Positions 10,801 to 18,840 of a DNA stretch of 64,000 nucleotides are shown here, one piece after another. Made by a program: the position numbers and the translations under genes. Under the pieces are notes generated by a model that made no database searches, had not been told where the DNA came from, and was given only the letters and a program-made list of their open reading frames with translations. Each line of letters starts with the position of its first letter. Position 1 is the first letter of the stretch. Origin of the DNA: a virus (Duplodnaviria; Caudoviricetes); the IMG/VR virus record IMGVR_UViG_3300025769_000106, positions 190 through 64,189 of that record, one strand, 5' to 3'.

Positions 10801-12714
10801 TATCGAATGTTGACAGCGTATGGCATATGAATTGACATGGGACATGAGTAAGGAGACATCCTGATTTAGCCGTATTGCTGAAACAACATCCCTCATGCCC
10901 CAATCAATTGCATTTTTGCCTTCAATGTGCTGCATTTGAGGGCGATTCATTGCGGTCATGGTTGCGTCAACTGTCATTGTAAAATCCATTCCACTTGGAT
11001 GGGGCAATTCTTTCCCCTCGCCATGTATTTTTTCCACATCATAGAACATTGAGGGGAACAAGGGAATCTCTGTCAAAGCCCTGGTGGAGGCATAGTGGGT
11101 TGATGTTTGTTTATCATTGCGAACAGAGGGATTTCCAGTCCCAACGATTCGATCCTTCCATCCTGTCAAGTTGCGGTGTTCGTCCCAAATGGGTCTTGCA
11201 TCAATTCCACCTTGACCTAATCCACCCAATGATAGCGTGGTGGTCGGAGTCCCTAAATCACCAATCTCTTTGATTGGTATGGCTTCACCCAAGTTGAGAT
11301 CTCTGTCAACCTGTTTGTTTGAAAAGTCCATCAACTTTGATCGACCTCGTATCTCCAATTCTGCCTCGTCGCCCTTGACTTGGACATTGAATTGCTCCGC
11401 TCGACCAGACAAAAGAGCGATTTCAATCGTAATCAATGAGGGGTTGACTGAATTCGCAGAAGTTGTAAAATCGTCGAAAACTGCATATCGATTCCGATTT
11501 GCTGGCAATGCCAAAACAAGGTTTTCATTCAATGACAGGGTGTTATCAATCACATTGAACACTTGAAGACTTGCCCTCGAAAGGCCAGCGGGTGTTTGTT
11601 TTGTTGAATTGTGTTGCTTTAAGTCAGTTCCAGTTGAAGGAGTGATCACCATAACATGGTGTGAAGGATTAGATGTTTGATCGGGAATGTTGGGGTTGTC
11701 AATTGCCCGTGGGCGACCATAACCAAGTATTGAATTTTTCATTGAGATCAAGCAATCGCTTACATCAATGTACGGCGAGTCCATGCGTCCACCTTGCCCA
11801 TAGGATTTCAATGCATGAGACTTCATTGGACGTTTGAAATTTGACGCAGGGATGCTAATCAAGCCTCCTGCTGAGGTGATCTCAAGTTGAACATCGGAGG
11901 GAGTCCCTGGAGGGGATGCGTAAGGCTTGAGGAGTATATCGGATAGGGTTCGAGGAGTCCCGCCAATTGAAAATACCGTGGATGCAGCAGGTACGGTTTT
12001 CTGCACAACCAAGTATGCCTTCTTTGTACCAGAGTAATAGTCATCCATGATTGTATTAAAATCGCTCTTTGGCAAGCCTGTACCTGCCACAACTTCACCT
12101 GTGAGATCAATAGCATCATAATACACCAAAATTCGACTCGGACCCCCATTTGTGGTCAGTATGCTTGGCGACTTTATTGAAGCAATCAATGGCTCCTCAC
12201 TTGGAGTCAAATGGCGAATATAACCGTCATTTTTTGGCTTCCCGTTGACGATATTTGCATCGTGGTCAATGTCGAGTCCTTTGATCATAAATGGTCGGAC
12301 ATCCTCCACGGCCAAAGCCACAATTTCATCGTGGACGGAAGACGAAACGTTTGTTGCAAGGGACGCATTGTATTCTCCCGATCCTGCTTGTATCACAATT
12401 CGATTGAAGGGATTCCCTGACGCATCAGTTGCGTATGATGTCAATGATTTATTGATCACATTGGTTGTTTCATGAAAATAGACTGTTTCTGTGATGCTCA
12501 CGGGTTGATTCTCAGCGAATATGGATTGCAGAGCAATTTCATCCGTTTTCAAAATAAACTCGTCAACTACGCCCTGTATTGTCTGCTTCACCACTTGATT
12601 GTCAAATGGAGGCATCTTGCTCAAAAAGAAATCACCTTCGACGTGGTTGTAAGCGGTCATCCCTGCCATGCCAGCATAGCCTTCGTCTGTTGGATCGTTG
12701 AGAGTTGACATCAT
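7807..12714 (-). CDS. Large (1635 aa) tail structural protein, C-terminal LamG-like end
   Basis: Long Gly/Ser/Thr-rich ORF in the tail module; ends FAGFLSEVALWKRGIT (LamG-like C-terminal strand); start overlaps the upstream stop. Confidence 0.55.
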   Translation of the reverse strand: MMSTLNDPTDEGYAGMAGMTAYNHVEGDFFLSKMPPFDNQVVKQTIQGVVDEFILKTDEIALQSIFAENQPVSITETVYFHETTNVINKSLTSYATDASGNPFNRIVIQAGSGEYNASLATNVSSSVHDEIVALAVEDVRPFMIKGLDIDHDANIVNGKPKNDGYIRHLTPSEEPLIASIKSPSILTTNGGPSRILVYYDAIDLTGEVVAGTGLPKSDFNTIMDDYYSGTKKAYLVVQKTVPAASTVFSIGGTPRTLSDILLKPYASPPGTPSDVQLEITSAGGLISIPASNFKRPMKSHALKSYGQGGRMDSPYIDVSDCLISMKNSILGYGRPRAIDNPNIPDQTSNPSHHVMVITPSTGTDLKQHNSTKQTPAGLSRASLQVFNVIDNTLSLNENLVLALPANRNRYAVFDDFTTSANSVNPSLITIEIALLSGRAEQFNVQVKGDEAELEIRGRSKLMDFSNKQVDRDLNLGEAIPIKEIGDLGTPTTTLSLGGLGQGGIDARPIWDEHRNLTGWKDRIVGTGNPSVRNDKQTSTHYASTRALTEIPLFPSMFYDVEKIHGEGKELPHPSGMDFTMTVDATMTAMNRPQMQHIEGKNAIDWGMRDVVSAIRLNQDVSLLMSHVNSYAIRCQHSIIQGVITGHNLTLGTTNSYIQLDDVEAFENEAGLSIGGSGVLDQPCFITIGEGIITEDAGQEHVSHYMMRIHKIDTGTNRIYPNLAYVRTAGGDSPVRTFDTTASTRADAHIFVGAVVMMGGIIANSNLHANAPNYNAAVPTTEGIRDAVRACLGGNPVNIMHYPNSHQSPLARELVLIFNDRVSMSGLEFDIYNEFGGKNDVYARLPIECIPYFAGLKGKHSDGSALDYVMPQQIRFRDIALKSQGFKDCVDEVIRTINMSGHPKAKNSIGKSAYETFLQSIFNSGSHYGYVRAFLGSEVESKDGEKGLSIVIHSTVPGAAGRNFAVWFENRSSYPYRPIQAFGFGGLLAQNSRTYGANSFAAPMPIGSDGETYVPITTFTGAPHGRTIQWGSILYSNVDDVRSYDGVGQRYKAQTTNLGATGNAYGSYSTNVISKINVDIGVIDYMARSNILASQTNSDTPIIIRMNGKLATVGSVGPIISEMTIVSLENVRPYEDAKKFYDALFDNAGAEIIGLEVEFLNPLMDKDGIIFFGGGHTGVVFDISDGTDRDYSLDYDHHLAIGPTGFSGFQNVGDFQGASAVLDFTDLRNEDTINDNTFRGFHHRDELDANGSPNGICRMYVRCVDHAVPGEAFGAGAFTQDNTQWREDLYNRKVRLTTTGFSASTASITDNIEITGSSLTLAAKSWWHEDVVALFNNNGGTIEAEHGEVKSFDPRSSGTTGWGISAVMKPGTDLTHFTGPILHGIFNAGTTQGYPWGLHVAGQPPVGADQEITVALSRGTGLGFGLPVDAKVLVPQSMPSAGIKVKTNGWTFVMMGIHAGGETYCYIGNTVGITNPADPGGAMAPGIHDLTQFIANVADQNYGVAATGPNKRNTFDTQSNGYGGGVADHPDVPAALQTIRDLDMATIGCALIGAPHVNFLGPETTQGGHPCPPFTGYFSGMLSGASTYGTVDAAGATGTNSAGPIHFAGFLSEVALWKRGITFTEASTLWAGRSIW

Positions 12715-15056
12715 ATCACCGTGTATTTGTCGAGGAAGTACCCCTGCACTTGTTGCCTTTCAGCATCAGTCATGGACTTTTCGTATAACAGAAACTCTGC
12801 GATGCGAGTGTTTTGAATTGCTTTGTTCGTTGCAGTACCTGTTTTCGCCGCTGGATCCGATGACGCCCCTCGTCCAAAAATGGTGAAAAGCGAATTTGCA
12901 AAACTCAATGTTCCTGTGATTTTGGCGACAAAAGTGGTTTCAGTTGCTGAATGATAATGGACAGTCGTGTTTGTTGTTGCCGCATTAAAAGTTGCTGAAT
13001 AAAGGCCAGGTACTGTCAAATCCGTGGATGTAGCGTTTGTTGTTGTGGTCCCATTGTTCGTGAAAAACCAATTCCCTGACGCCCCCGAAATCCCAAAGAA
13101 TGTTTTTGGTGAGCCTCCGTTTTGTCCAATGAGATCGGTGTTGTACGATGCATTGTAATTCACCGCTGCAAACCAAAAGGCGGTGAATGAAGTACCCGTA
13201 TGAGTGATTTGTTTTGATTCACCATCGTTTGTGCCTATATTGATCAAAGCACCATCTGCGGAGGTACACCTTAATGCTGGCTTTGAATTAAAGGAGGCAC
13301 TATTTGCCTCATAGACCCATGTGCCAACCGTATAAAGGCCAAATAGGTTCCCACTTTGATCCGCTACATGAGTTAATGTTGCGCCATCGGAAACACCAGT
13401 AATGCTCCCTGCGTTAATCCACATTAGCAACTTGTCTTTTGGAGGATCTGGCTCAGGGTTGATTGATGTAAGAGCCGCAGTACCCGTTGTGATTCGGCTT
13501 TGAACTGATGTGAAATATGCTGTGTTCCGATTGCCACTTCGATCTTCAAAGCGTTGTCCTTGAGTGAACTCTGCACGTGTGAAAGCGTCTTTTTGTCGAG
13601 ACACTTGATTTGCAACTGCCGCCGAAGTGTTTTTGTTTCCAGGGTCAACAATCAAATCAGCATTTCCCAAAGTGAGCCAAATGGGAGTTCCATCGGCATG
13701 GTCAAAAAGTAAGCCTTGGCCTTTTGGATGATTTTCGATGGTGGCCGACACGCCCGTATCATTTGTCAAATGAACCGATTGACAAACAACTCGATTGTTT
13801 GCAAAATCTAAGGAAATAATTCGTACCCTCTCAATGGGGTTTGTCATTGGATCCAAATCGGATTCAACTGCTGTGGCGATGTTGTTTCCGTTGGTGAGAT
13901 TAACCAAACGTGCAGTTGCGGTTTTTGTAAGACCTGTTAAGGGGTGCGTTCCTGACTGATTGATAACCGCATTCAATGAAGATTGCTTGATTCGATCAGA
14001 GGCCAAATAATCCAAAGATCCAGTTGAGCCTCCGTATGTAGCAGAATTCACATTGAGGCTTGTAGCGTACCATGTTTGTTTTTTGACATCGATTAAATCA
14101 AGACCCGTGATGTATGACGCCAACTTCTCAAGTGCCGTGTATTTGTCATCATTTGATGAGGCGTGTTCAGGAGGGTCGTACACTTTGAAGTACCCATAAT
14201 CGTTGATGTTTTGAAAGTCATAGCCGAGCATCACCATTGGAGTCTCGATCAGGGAGGTATAGGTTGACGAATCTCTGCCTTGAGACTCTGCTGTTTCGTT
14301 TCGATTGTTGAAAAAGTGGAATTTTGGCAAGGAGATTTCATCGTTAAAATCCCAAAAACCAATCGTTTGATCGTTGTTCACAAATGGCTGAACCAAAGGC
14401 TCAACTATGCCTCTTGAGATCCTAACACTTTCAATTAAGCCCCTATACTCTCCGCCTCTGCCTCCAATGAAGAGATCCGAAGAAACATTATCCAATATGC
14501 GGTTTTCAATCAAATTTAACGAGGCGACCAAATTTCCGTTCACGAAGACCTTCATCTCATCGCCCGTAAATTGAGCGCAAACCATCATCAACGGTTGCGC
14601 CCCCTCTGTCAAGTCATTTGGCTTGTGCTGGCCTCCAGAGTATGTTCCCGAATGTGATTCGAGGAGAACATTGACGTCGAATGATGTTGCAACTGTAAAG
14701 ACACGACCAATGCAATGAATGCTAAATTTGATGGGAGCATTCTTGAATGGATCGCCAACTTCCAAAGAGAAGCAACCTGGTTTTGAAACAACAGTCCCTC
14801 CATAATTTGGGACAATAAATGCCTCAATTGTGAATGGCCCTAAAATGGCGTTTAGGGGATTGCTTTCAGTTGGAAGATGAATCCTTCCAATCTTCGTGGC
14901 GTGGCTTTTTGTTGTTGCTGTTGTACCGCCATACGCAGGTCTTAGGAGGCTAATTCCACTTTCCTTAAATTGACCAGTAGGGACGACGATTCCATCGGTA
15001 AATCCATTGAATCGAATTGCCTTTGAACGGATTGTGTGCATTGCCATTGATCTCAC
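12711..15056 (-). CDS. Tail protein with two LamG/concanavalin-like domains (candidate receptor-binding protein)
   Basis: FTIEAFI...DLFIGG...YRGLIESVRIS, and LLMWINAG...DQSGN...IAEFLLYEKSMTDAERQQVQGYFLDKY. Confidence 0.65.
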   Translation of the reverse strand: MRSMAMHTIRSKAIRFNGFTDGIVVPTGQFKESGISLLRPAYGGTTATTKSHATKIGRIHLPTESNPLNAILGPFTIEAFIVPNYGGTVVSKPGCFSLEVGDPFKNAPIKFSIHCIGRVFTVATSFDVNVLLESHSGTYSGGQHKPNDLTEGAQPLMMVCAQFTGDEMKVFVNGNLVASLNLIENRILDNVSSDLFIGGRGGEYRGLIESVRISRGIVEPLVQPFVNNDQTIGFWDFNDEISLPKFHFFNNRNETAESQGRDSSTYTSLIETPMVMLGYDFQNINDYGYFKVYDPPEHASSNDDKYTALEKLASYITGLDLIDVKKQTWYATSLNVNSATYGGSTGSLDYLASDRIKQSSLNAVINQSGTHPLTGLTKTATARLVNLTNGNNIATAVESDLDPMTNPIERVRIISLDFANNRVVCQSVHLTNDTGVSATIENHPKGQGLLFDHADGTPIWLTLGNADLIVDPGNKNTSAAVANQVSRQKDAFTRAEFTQGQRFEDRSGNRNTAYFTSVQSRITTGTAALTSINPEPDPPKDKLLMWINAGSITGVSDGATLTHVADQSGNLFGLYTVGTWVYEANSASFNSKPALRCTSADGALINIGTNDGESKQITHTGTSFTAFWFAAVNYNASYNTDLIGQNGGSPKTFFGISGASGNWFFTNNGTTTTNATSTDLTVPGLYSATFNAATTNTTVHYHSATETTFVAKITGTLSFANSLFTIFGRGASSDPAAKTGTATNKAIQNTRIAEFLLYEKSMTDAERQQVQGYFLDKYTVI

Positions 15057-16306
15057 AACCCAATCAATTGTTCAACTGGGAGCATGGTGAGAGAGTAAGT
15101 CCAAACCGAATCACCAGCCTCATATCCAGGGTCAAAGGTACTTATTACCGCAGGTATAGCCACACCTTGGTTTGTGAATGGATTCGGTCGGACTGTCTTG
15201 TTATTCACCACTTCAAATGGATCGTACACCTGATCATTCGTGCTTGCAGCCACATCCGTCCCAGGTCCAGCAGGGATCAGGAATTGTCGCAATTCTCGAT
15301 TGCCACTCACCGATGCAGCAAGCGTTTCGTATGGAATTCGTATGCCAACAATGTATTTCTTCACGGCTTTTATCTCACCGATGTTCAAAAATTGAGCAGA
15401 ATCGACTGAGGCGATAGAATCGGGCAAATCAATCATAGATCCTGTTAAGACCTGTGGACTCACCAATGCTCCTCCGACGCTTGGATTCACAATCATGTTC
15501 AACAGATCTTGCAACTTATCCCCCTTTGTCAATTTGACAGGATCCACGCCACCTCGCATATTGGATACGAAGAATTGATTTTCCCATGATTGAGATGAAG
15601 CAACAGAACTCTTCTCGATCAAAACCGTACCATTTCCTGATTCGCCTACGACATCATTTTGAATCTCAATCAATTCATTTGTGTATGTCCCTGCCGATCC
15701 ATTTTGGGTTTGAAAGGAGATTGCTGCCGCTTGACCTGTCTTCGCTGAAACGGTGCAAACAGTAGTGAAGGCCGTGGTTGCTCCATCGACCTTTATGCTT
15801 GATGCGTTTAAGGCGTTTTGAATTGCTGTCGAAACGGTGTTGGTATTGGTGGTTGAGGAAATGTCTGCATAAATAATACTGGTGGTTGCAACAACATTTG
15901 ACGCACTTCCGTTCTTCAAAACCAATTGATTGTTTTCACCCAAACCTGCATCAATCTGCCCTTTGGTGCGGAATGTAATCACCACGTTATCCATCTCGCC
16001 CTTCATGAGGCTCCAAAGGAGATCCAAAGAACCACACCAAGAAGTTGCACCCGCTGCACCAAATGCAAGAGACAGGTCAATGCTCATGTTTGCTCCAACA
16101 CCAGGCGTTGAGGTTTCGTCATCGCTGATTATTCCCTCAACTGTGATGGCGAGGCTTGGAGTGTTTAGATCGAGAGCAGCACGTGTTGCCAAAAGAGGGA
16201 TTGGGTGTGGCCCCACGATGTTTCTTTGAATGGAAAATTGAATGTTGGTCGCTTCCAATTCAACGACGCCTCCATCTCGACGGATCAGTTGAATCTTCGG
16301 CATCAA
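15053..16306 (-). CDS. Putative distal tail/baseplate protein
   Basis: Immediately downstream of the tape measure gene; beta-rich N- and C-termini (ITVEGII; VWTYSLTM) flank a Ser/Thr-rich insert. Confidence 0.5.
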   Translation of the reverse strand: MMPKIQLIRRDGGVVELEATNIQFSIQRNIVGPHPIPLLATRAALDLNTPSLAITVEGIISDDETSTPGVGANMSIDLSLAFGAAGATSWCGSLDLLWSLMKGEMDNVVITFRTKGQIDAGLGENNQLVLKNGSASNVVATTSIIYADISSTTNTNTVSTAIQNALNASSIKVDGATTAFTTVCTVSAKTGQAAAISFQTQNGSAGTYTNELIEIQNDVVGESGNGTVLIEKSSVASSQSWENQFFVSNMRGGVDPVKLTKGDKLQDLLNMIVNPSVGGALVSPQVLTGSMIDLPDSIASVDSAQFLNIGEIKAVKKYIVGIRIPYETLAASVSGNRELRQFLIPAGPGTDVAASTNDQVYDPFEVVNNKTVRPNPFTNQGVAIPAVISTFDPGYEAGDSVWTYSLTMLPVEQLIGL

Positions 16307-17736
16307 ATCACGCCCCTTGAATATGAATTGCCACGGGATTTCGTCCTCATGACCTTGCTTACTTCTTCGCTCACGGCCTTGGCAATTTCCTTTGCATTGC
16401 CTCCGCCTCCGCTAACGTTGATGGTGATGTTGTTTGTGCTTCCACCGCCACCCATGTCGCCTTTGATCGAAACAGGGATGGTTCTGCCATCAGGAAGAGG
16501 CACAACCGCTTCTGTTCCGTGGAGTGCAACTGGGTATCCACTTGAAGGGCCACTTGCAACACCTCCATCGCTGAATCCCATGAGATCTGCTGCTCCACCA
16601 AAGAACCCACTTACTCCGTCCAAGACTGTTGAAACGCCATCCAACAGCCATGTAATCAAATCAATGACAGGTTGCAAGAGATCCATAATGACGCCCATTC
16701 CTGTTTCAAAATAGGGCAACAACCAGCCGATCAACCCCATGACCAAATCAATGATGACGCCGATAATTCCTGTGATGATGCGAATTATTGGATCCAAAAA
16801 GTCAAACACGGCTCTAACAAAATTAACCAATGGTGGGCCAAGTTGCGCCCACACACGGATGAATAACGACACAACGACTCCAAAAATCACGACTATCAAA
16901 GCCCAAACAGTTGAGGCCAATTCAATCACTTGAACAAAGAATTCGATTATTCCGCTACTGAAAAGAAAACCAACGAAGTAGTCAACAGCACCCTGTATTC
17001 CTTCAATTATGTCCTCGAATGTTAATCCCGTATCGCTAATTGCTTGTGCAATTAGGTCAAAGGCAACCATAAACGATCCCAATAAAACAGCAATTGCATC
17101 CCCAATCCTTTGAAACATACCCGCTTCATCCATTTTTGCGATGACTTTGCCAATCCCCAAAATTATCTCGGTGTAAAGTGTGATGTAAATGATCAAAACC
17201 ATCCCTAAAGCGTCAAAAATGCCCTGCAATCCTTCAAGGACAATCCCGCTCACAACTCCCCAGTCAACAGCACCAAAGGCTCCCATAAGGGCGTCGAAAG
17301 TATCACCGATAGCCTCAAACAATTTTTTGGATGCCTCACCAATTTTATTCAGGATCTCGAAATCACCTGCGCCTTCGCCTACATGAGATGCGAGCAAATA
17401 TATCGCGGCTCCAACCGCAGCAAAAATCCCCAATATCATGATCATAACCGTGTTGATCACGCGAAGTGCTTTCAGGAATGAACCGATTGGCCCCATAGCC
17501 GTTTCAACCGCTTCACCAGTCTCTTGCATCTCTTTGTTGAATTTAGGAACCACTTCGGCAGCGGTTTCAAACATATTTTTGGTATCGACGAACAGATCCA
17601 AAAACGGTCCAAAGATCTTGTTCATGGCTTTGTATTGGATGTTAAGGAGATTGGCTGATTTTGCGTTTTTCTTGTTGAGAACGTTCATCTTTGCAAGGGA
17701 TGAAACATATTCGTCAAGTTGTCCGATTTCAATCAC
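16303..17736 (-). CDS. Tape measure protein (short, 477 aa)
   Basis: Long amphipathic/hydrophobic helical stretches. C-terminal FSDGGVASGPSSGYPVALHGTEAVVPLPDG motif is typical of TMP C-termini. Follows the tail chaperone pair. Confidence 0.75.
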   Translation of the reverse strand: MIEIGQLDEYVSSLAKMNVLNKKNAKSANLLNIQYKAMNKIFGPFLDLFVDTKNMFETAAEVVPKFNKEMQETGEAVETAMGPIGSFLKALRVINTVMIMILGIFAAVGAAIYLLASHVGEGAGDFEILNKIGEASKKLFEAIGDTFDALMGAFGAVDWGVVSGIVLEGLQGIFDALGMVLIIYITLYTEIILGIGKVIAKMDEAGMFQRIGDAIAVLLGSFMVAFDLIAQAISDTGLTFEDIIEGIQGAVDYFVGFLFSSGIIEFFVQVIELASTVWALIVVIFGVVVSLFIRVWAQLGPPLVNFVRAVFDFLDPIIRIITGIIGVIIDLVMGLIGWLLPYFETGMGVIMDLLQPVIDLITWLLDGVSTVLDGVSGFFGGAADLMGFSDGGVASGPSSGYPVALHGTEAVVPLPDGRTIPVSIKGDMGGGGSTNNITINVSGGGGNAKEIAKAVSEEVSKVMRTKSRGNSYSRGVI

Positions 17737-18097
17737 CCCTCATTTTTTGGTTATGCCTTTCAAAGAAGTCGTCTAAAACGACTCCATCGCTTGTTGTGCG
17801 TAGTGGTTGCCCCTTATTGCCTCTTCCGTGTTTCATTTGCCTTTCGGCCTGTTTCTTCATTCTTTCAAGCATCTCGGCCTTCTTATCAGCGGCAGCACGG
17901 ACAATCATATAGTCGAGTAATACCCGATCTGGGGGTTGATCGTCCCAAAAGTGAGGAGGACAATGAAAATGAGTGCCAAGTGCAAAGGTAATCGCTTGAA
18001 ACGAAAGAATTGTTGCTTGGGAGAGATTGAGCGAAGGTCGCTCGTCGTCTTCCAGATCTTCGTCGAGGAACGCAACCAAGTCCTCGTACTCTATTCC
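17729..18097 (-). CDS. Tail assembly chaperone, 'T' portion (reached by -1 frameshift from the upstream chaperone)
   Basis: The frame is open from the slippery heptamer: CCC TTT GGA ATA GAG TAC GAG GAC TTG GTT GCG TTC (PFGIEYEDLVAF...). Lies between the tail tube and TMP genes. Confidence 0.7.
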   Translation of the reverse strand, partial: GIEYEDLVAFLDEDLEDDERPSLNLSQATILSFQAITFALGTHFHCPPHFWDDQPPDRVLLDYMIVRAAADKKAEMLERMKKQAERQMKHGRGNKGQPLRTTSDGVVLDDFFERHNQKMRGD

Positions 18098-18450
18098 AAA
18101 GGGCTTACGCCACCTGCAAATTGACCAATGATCTCATTGAGATCGGGGAGTACGGTTCGGATGACATTTCCGACATCAGGGTGAAGGTTCAACAGATCTT
18201 TTTTGCTGAGGCTTGGTTCGGTGCTGACAACACAATTGGTTAGCACATATCGCCAATAGCCCCCCAAATCGATGTCTGGGGCAACGGATCCATCATCTCC
18301 CGTCTTGAAAGAAACGAATCGAGACATGGCATCTTGTTGTTCAACCCAAGAGAGTTGCTTGACATTCACGATCAACTCGCCCATTGGCGTATCGAGAATG
18401 TGTTGAGTTGGTGTGTTGCTGAGGATAAAGGCATCACGCTTCGCCATCAT
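18091..18450 (-). CDS. Tail assembly chaperone ('G'-like)
   Basis: 119 aa, located between the tail tube and TMP genes; ends in the slippery site. Confidence 0.7.
   Translation of the reverse strand: MMAKRDAFILSNTPTQHILDTPMGELIVNVKQLSWVEQQDAMSRFVSFKTGDDGSVAPDIDLGGYWRYVLTNCVVSTEPSLSKKDLLNLHPDVGNVIRTVLPDLNEIIGQFAGGVSPLE
18097..18103 (-). promoter_or_regulatory. -1 programmed ribosomal frameshift slippery site C CCT TTG
   Basis: X XXY YYZ heptamer, in frame, immediately before the last sense codon (GAA) and stop of 18091..18450; a -1 shift enters the 17729 ORF frame. Confidence 0.75.
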
Positions 18451-18802
18451 CGCTCACCTCTTCTTCTGTTGCTTCTTCGGCAACCTCTGGACTTGCATCG
18501 TCCTTAACCAAACGAGTAATCAAATCAGCCTTGTTCCCGTATGTGGGGAGATCACGTTGGCTCAACAGAACACGCAGATCATTGACAGTCTGCTTCTCGT
18601 ATGTTCCAGATGTGGTCGATACAACTTCTTCAACGGCTTGCTGCAATGCTTGCCCGTCATCTCCAACATAGGTCGGCAATTGAATGAACAACTCAACGTT
18701 TTCTGCGCTGAGGCCAACCCCATGTTCGATCTTCGTTCCTACAATTGACCAATCAACTGGTATTCGCTGTCCGTTAAGCATCACAAATCCTACAATTCGC
18801 AT
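18434..18802 (-). CDS. SAP/HeH-domain protein
   Basis: TVNDLRVLLSQRDLPTYGNKADLITRL matches the SAP motif; acidic tail; own TTTAAG box 23 nt upstream. Confidence 0.65.
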   Translation of the reverse strand: MRIVGFVMLNGQRIPVDWSIVGTKIEHGVGLSAENVELFIQLPTYVGDDGQALQQAVEEVVSTTSGTYEKQTVNDLRVLLSQRDLPTYGNKADLITRLVKDDASPEVAEEATEEEVSDDGEA

Positions 18803-18825
18803 GATAATCCCTATCCTGTATTTGT

Positions 18826-18831
18826 CTTAAA
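18826..18831 (-). promoter_or_regulatory. Putative archaeal TATA box (TTTAAG) 23 nt upstream of the 18802 ATG
   Basis: Same spacing as boxes upstream of 23968 (TATAAA), 44820 (ATTAAG), 58217 (TTGAAG) and 60625 (ATTAAG). Confidence 0.5.
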
Positions 18832-18840
18832 GGCTCACTA

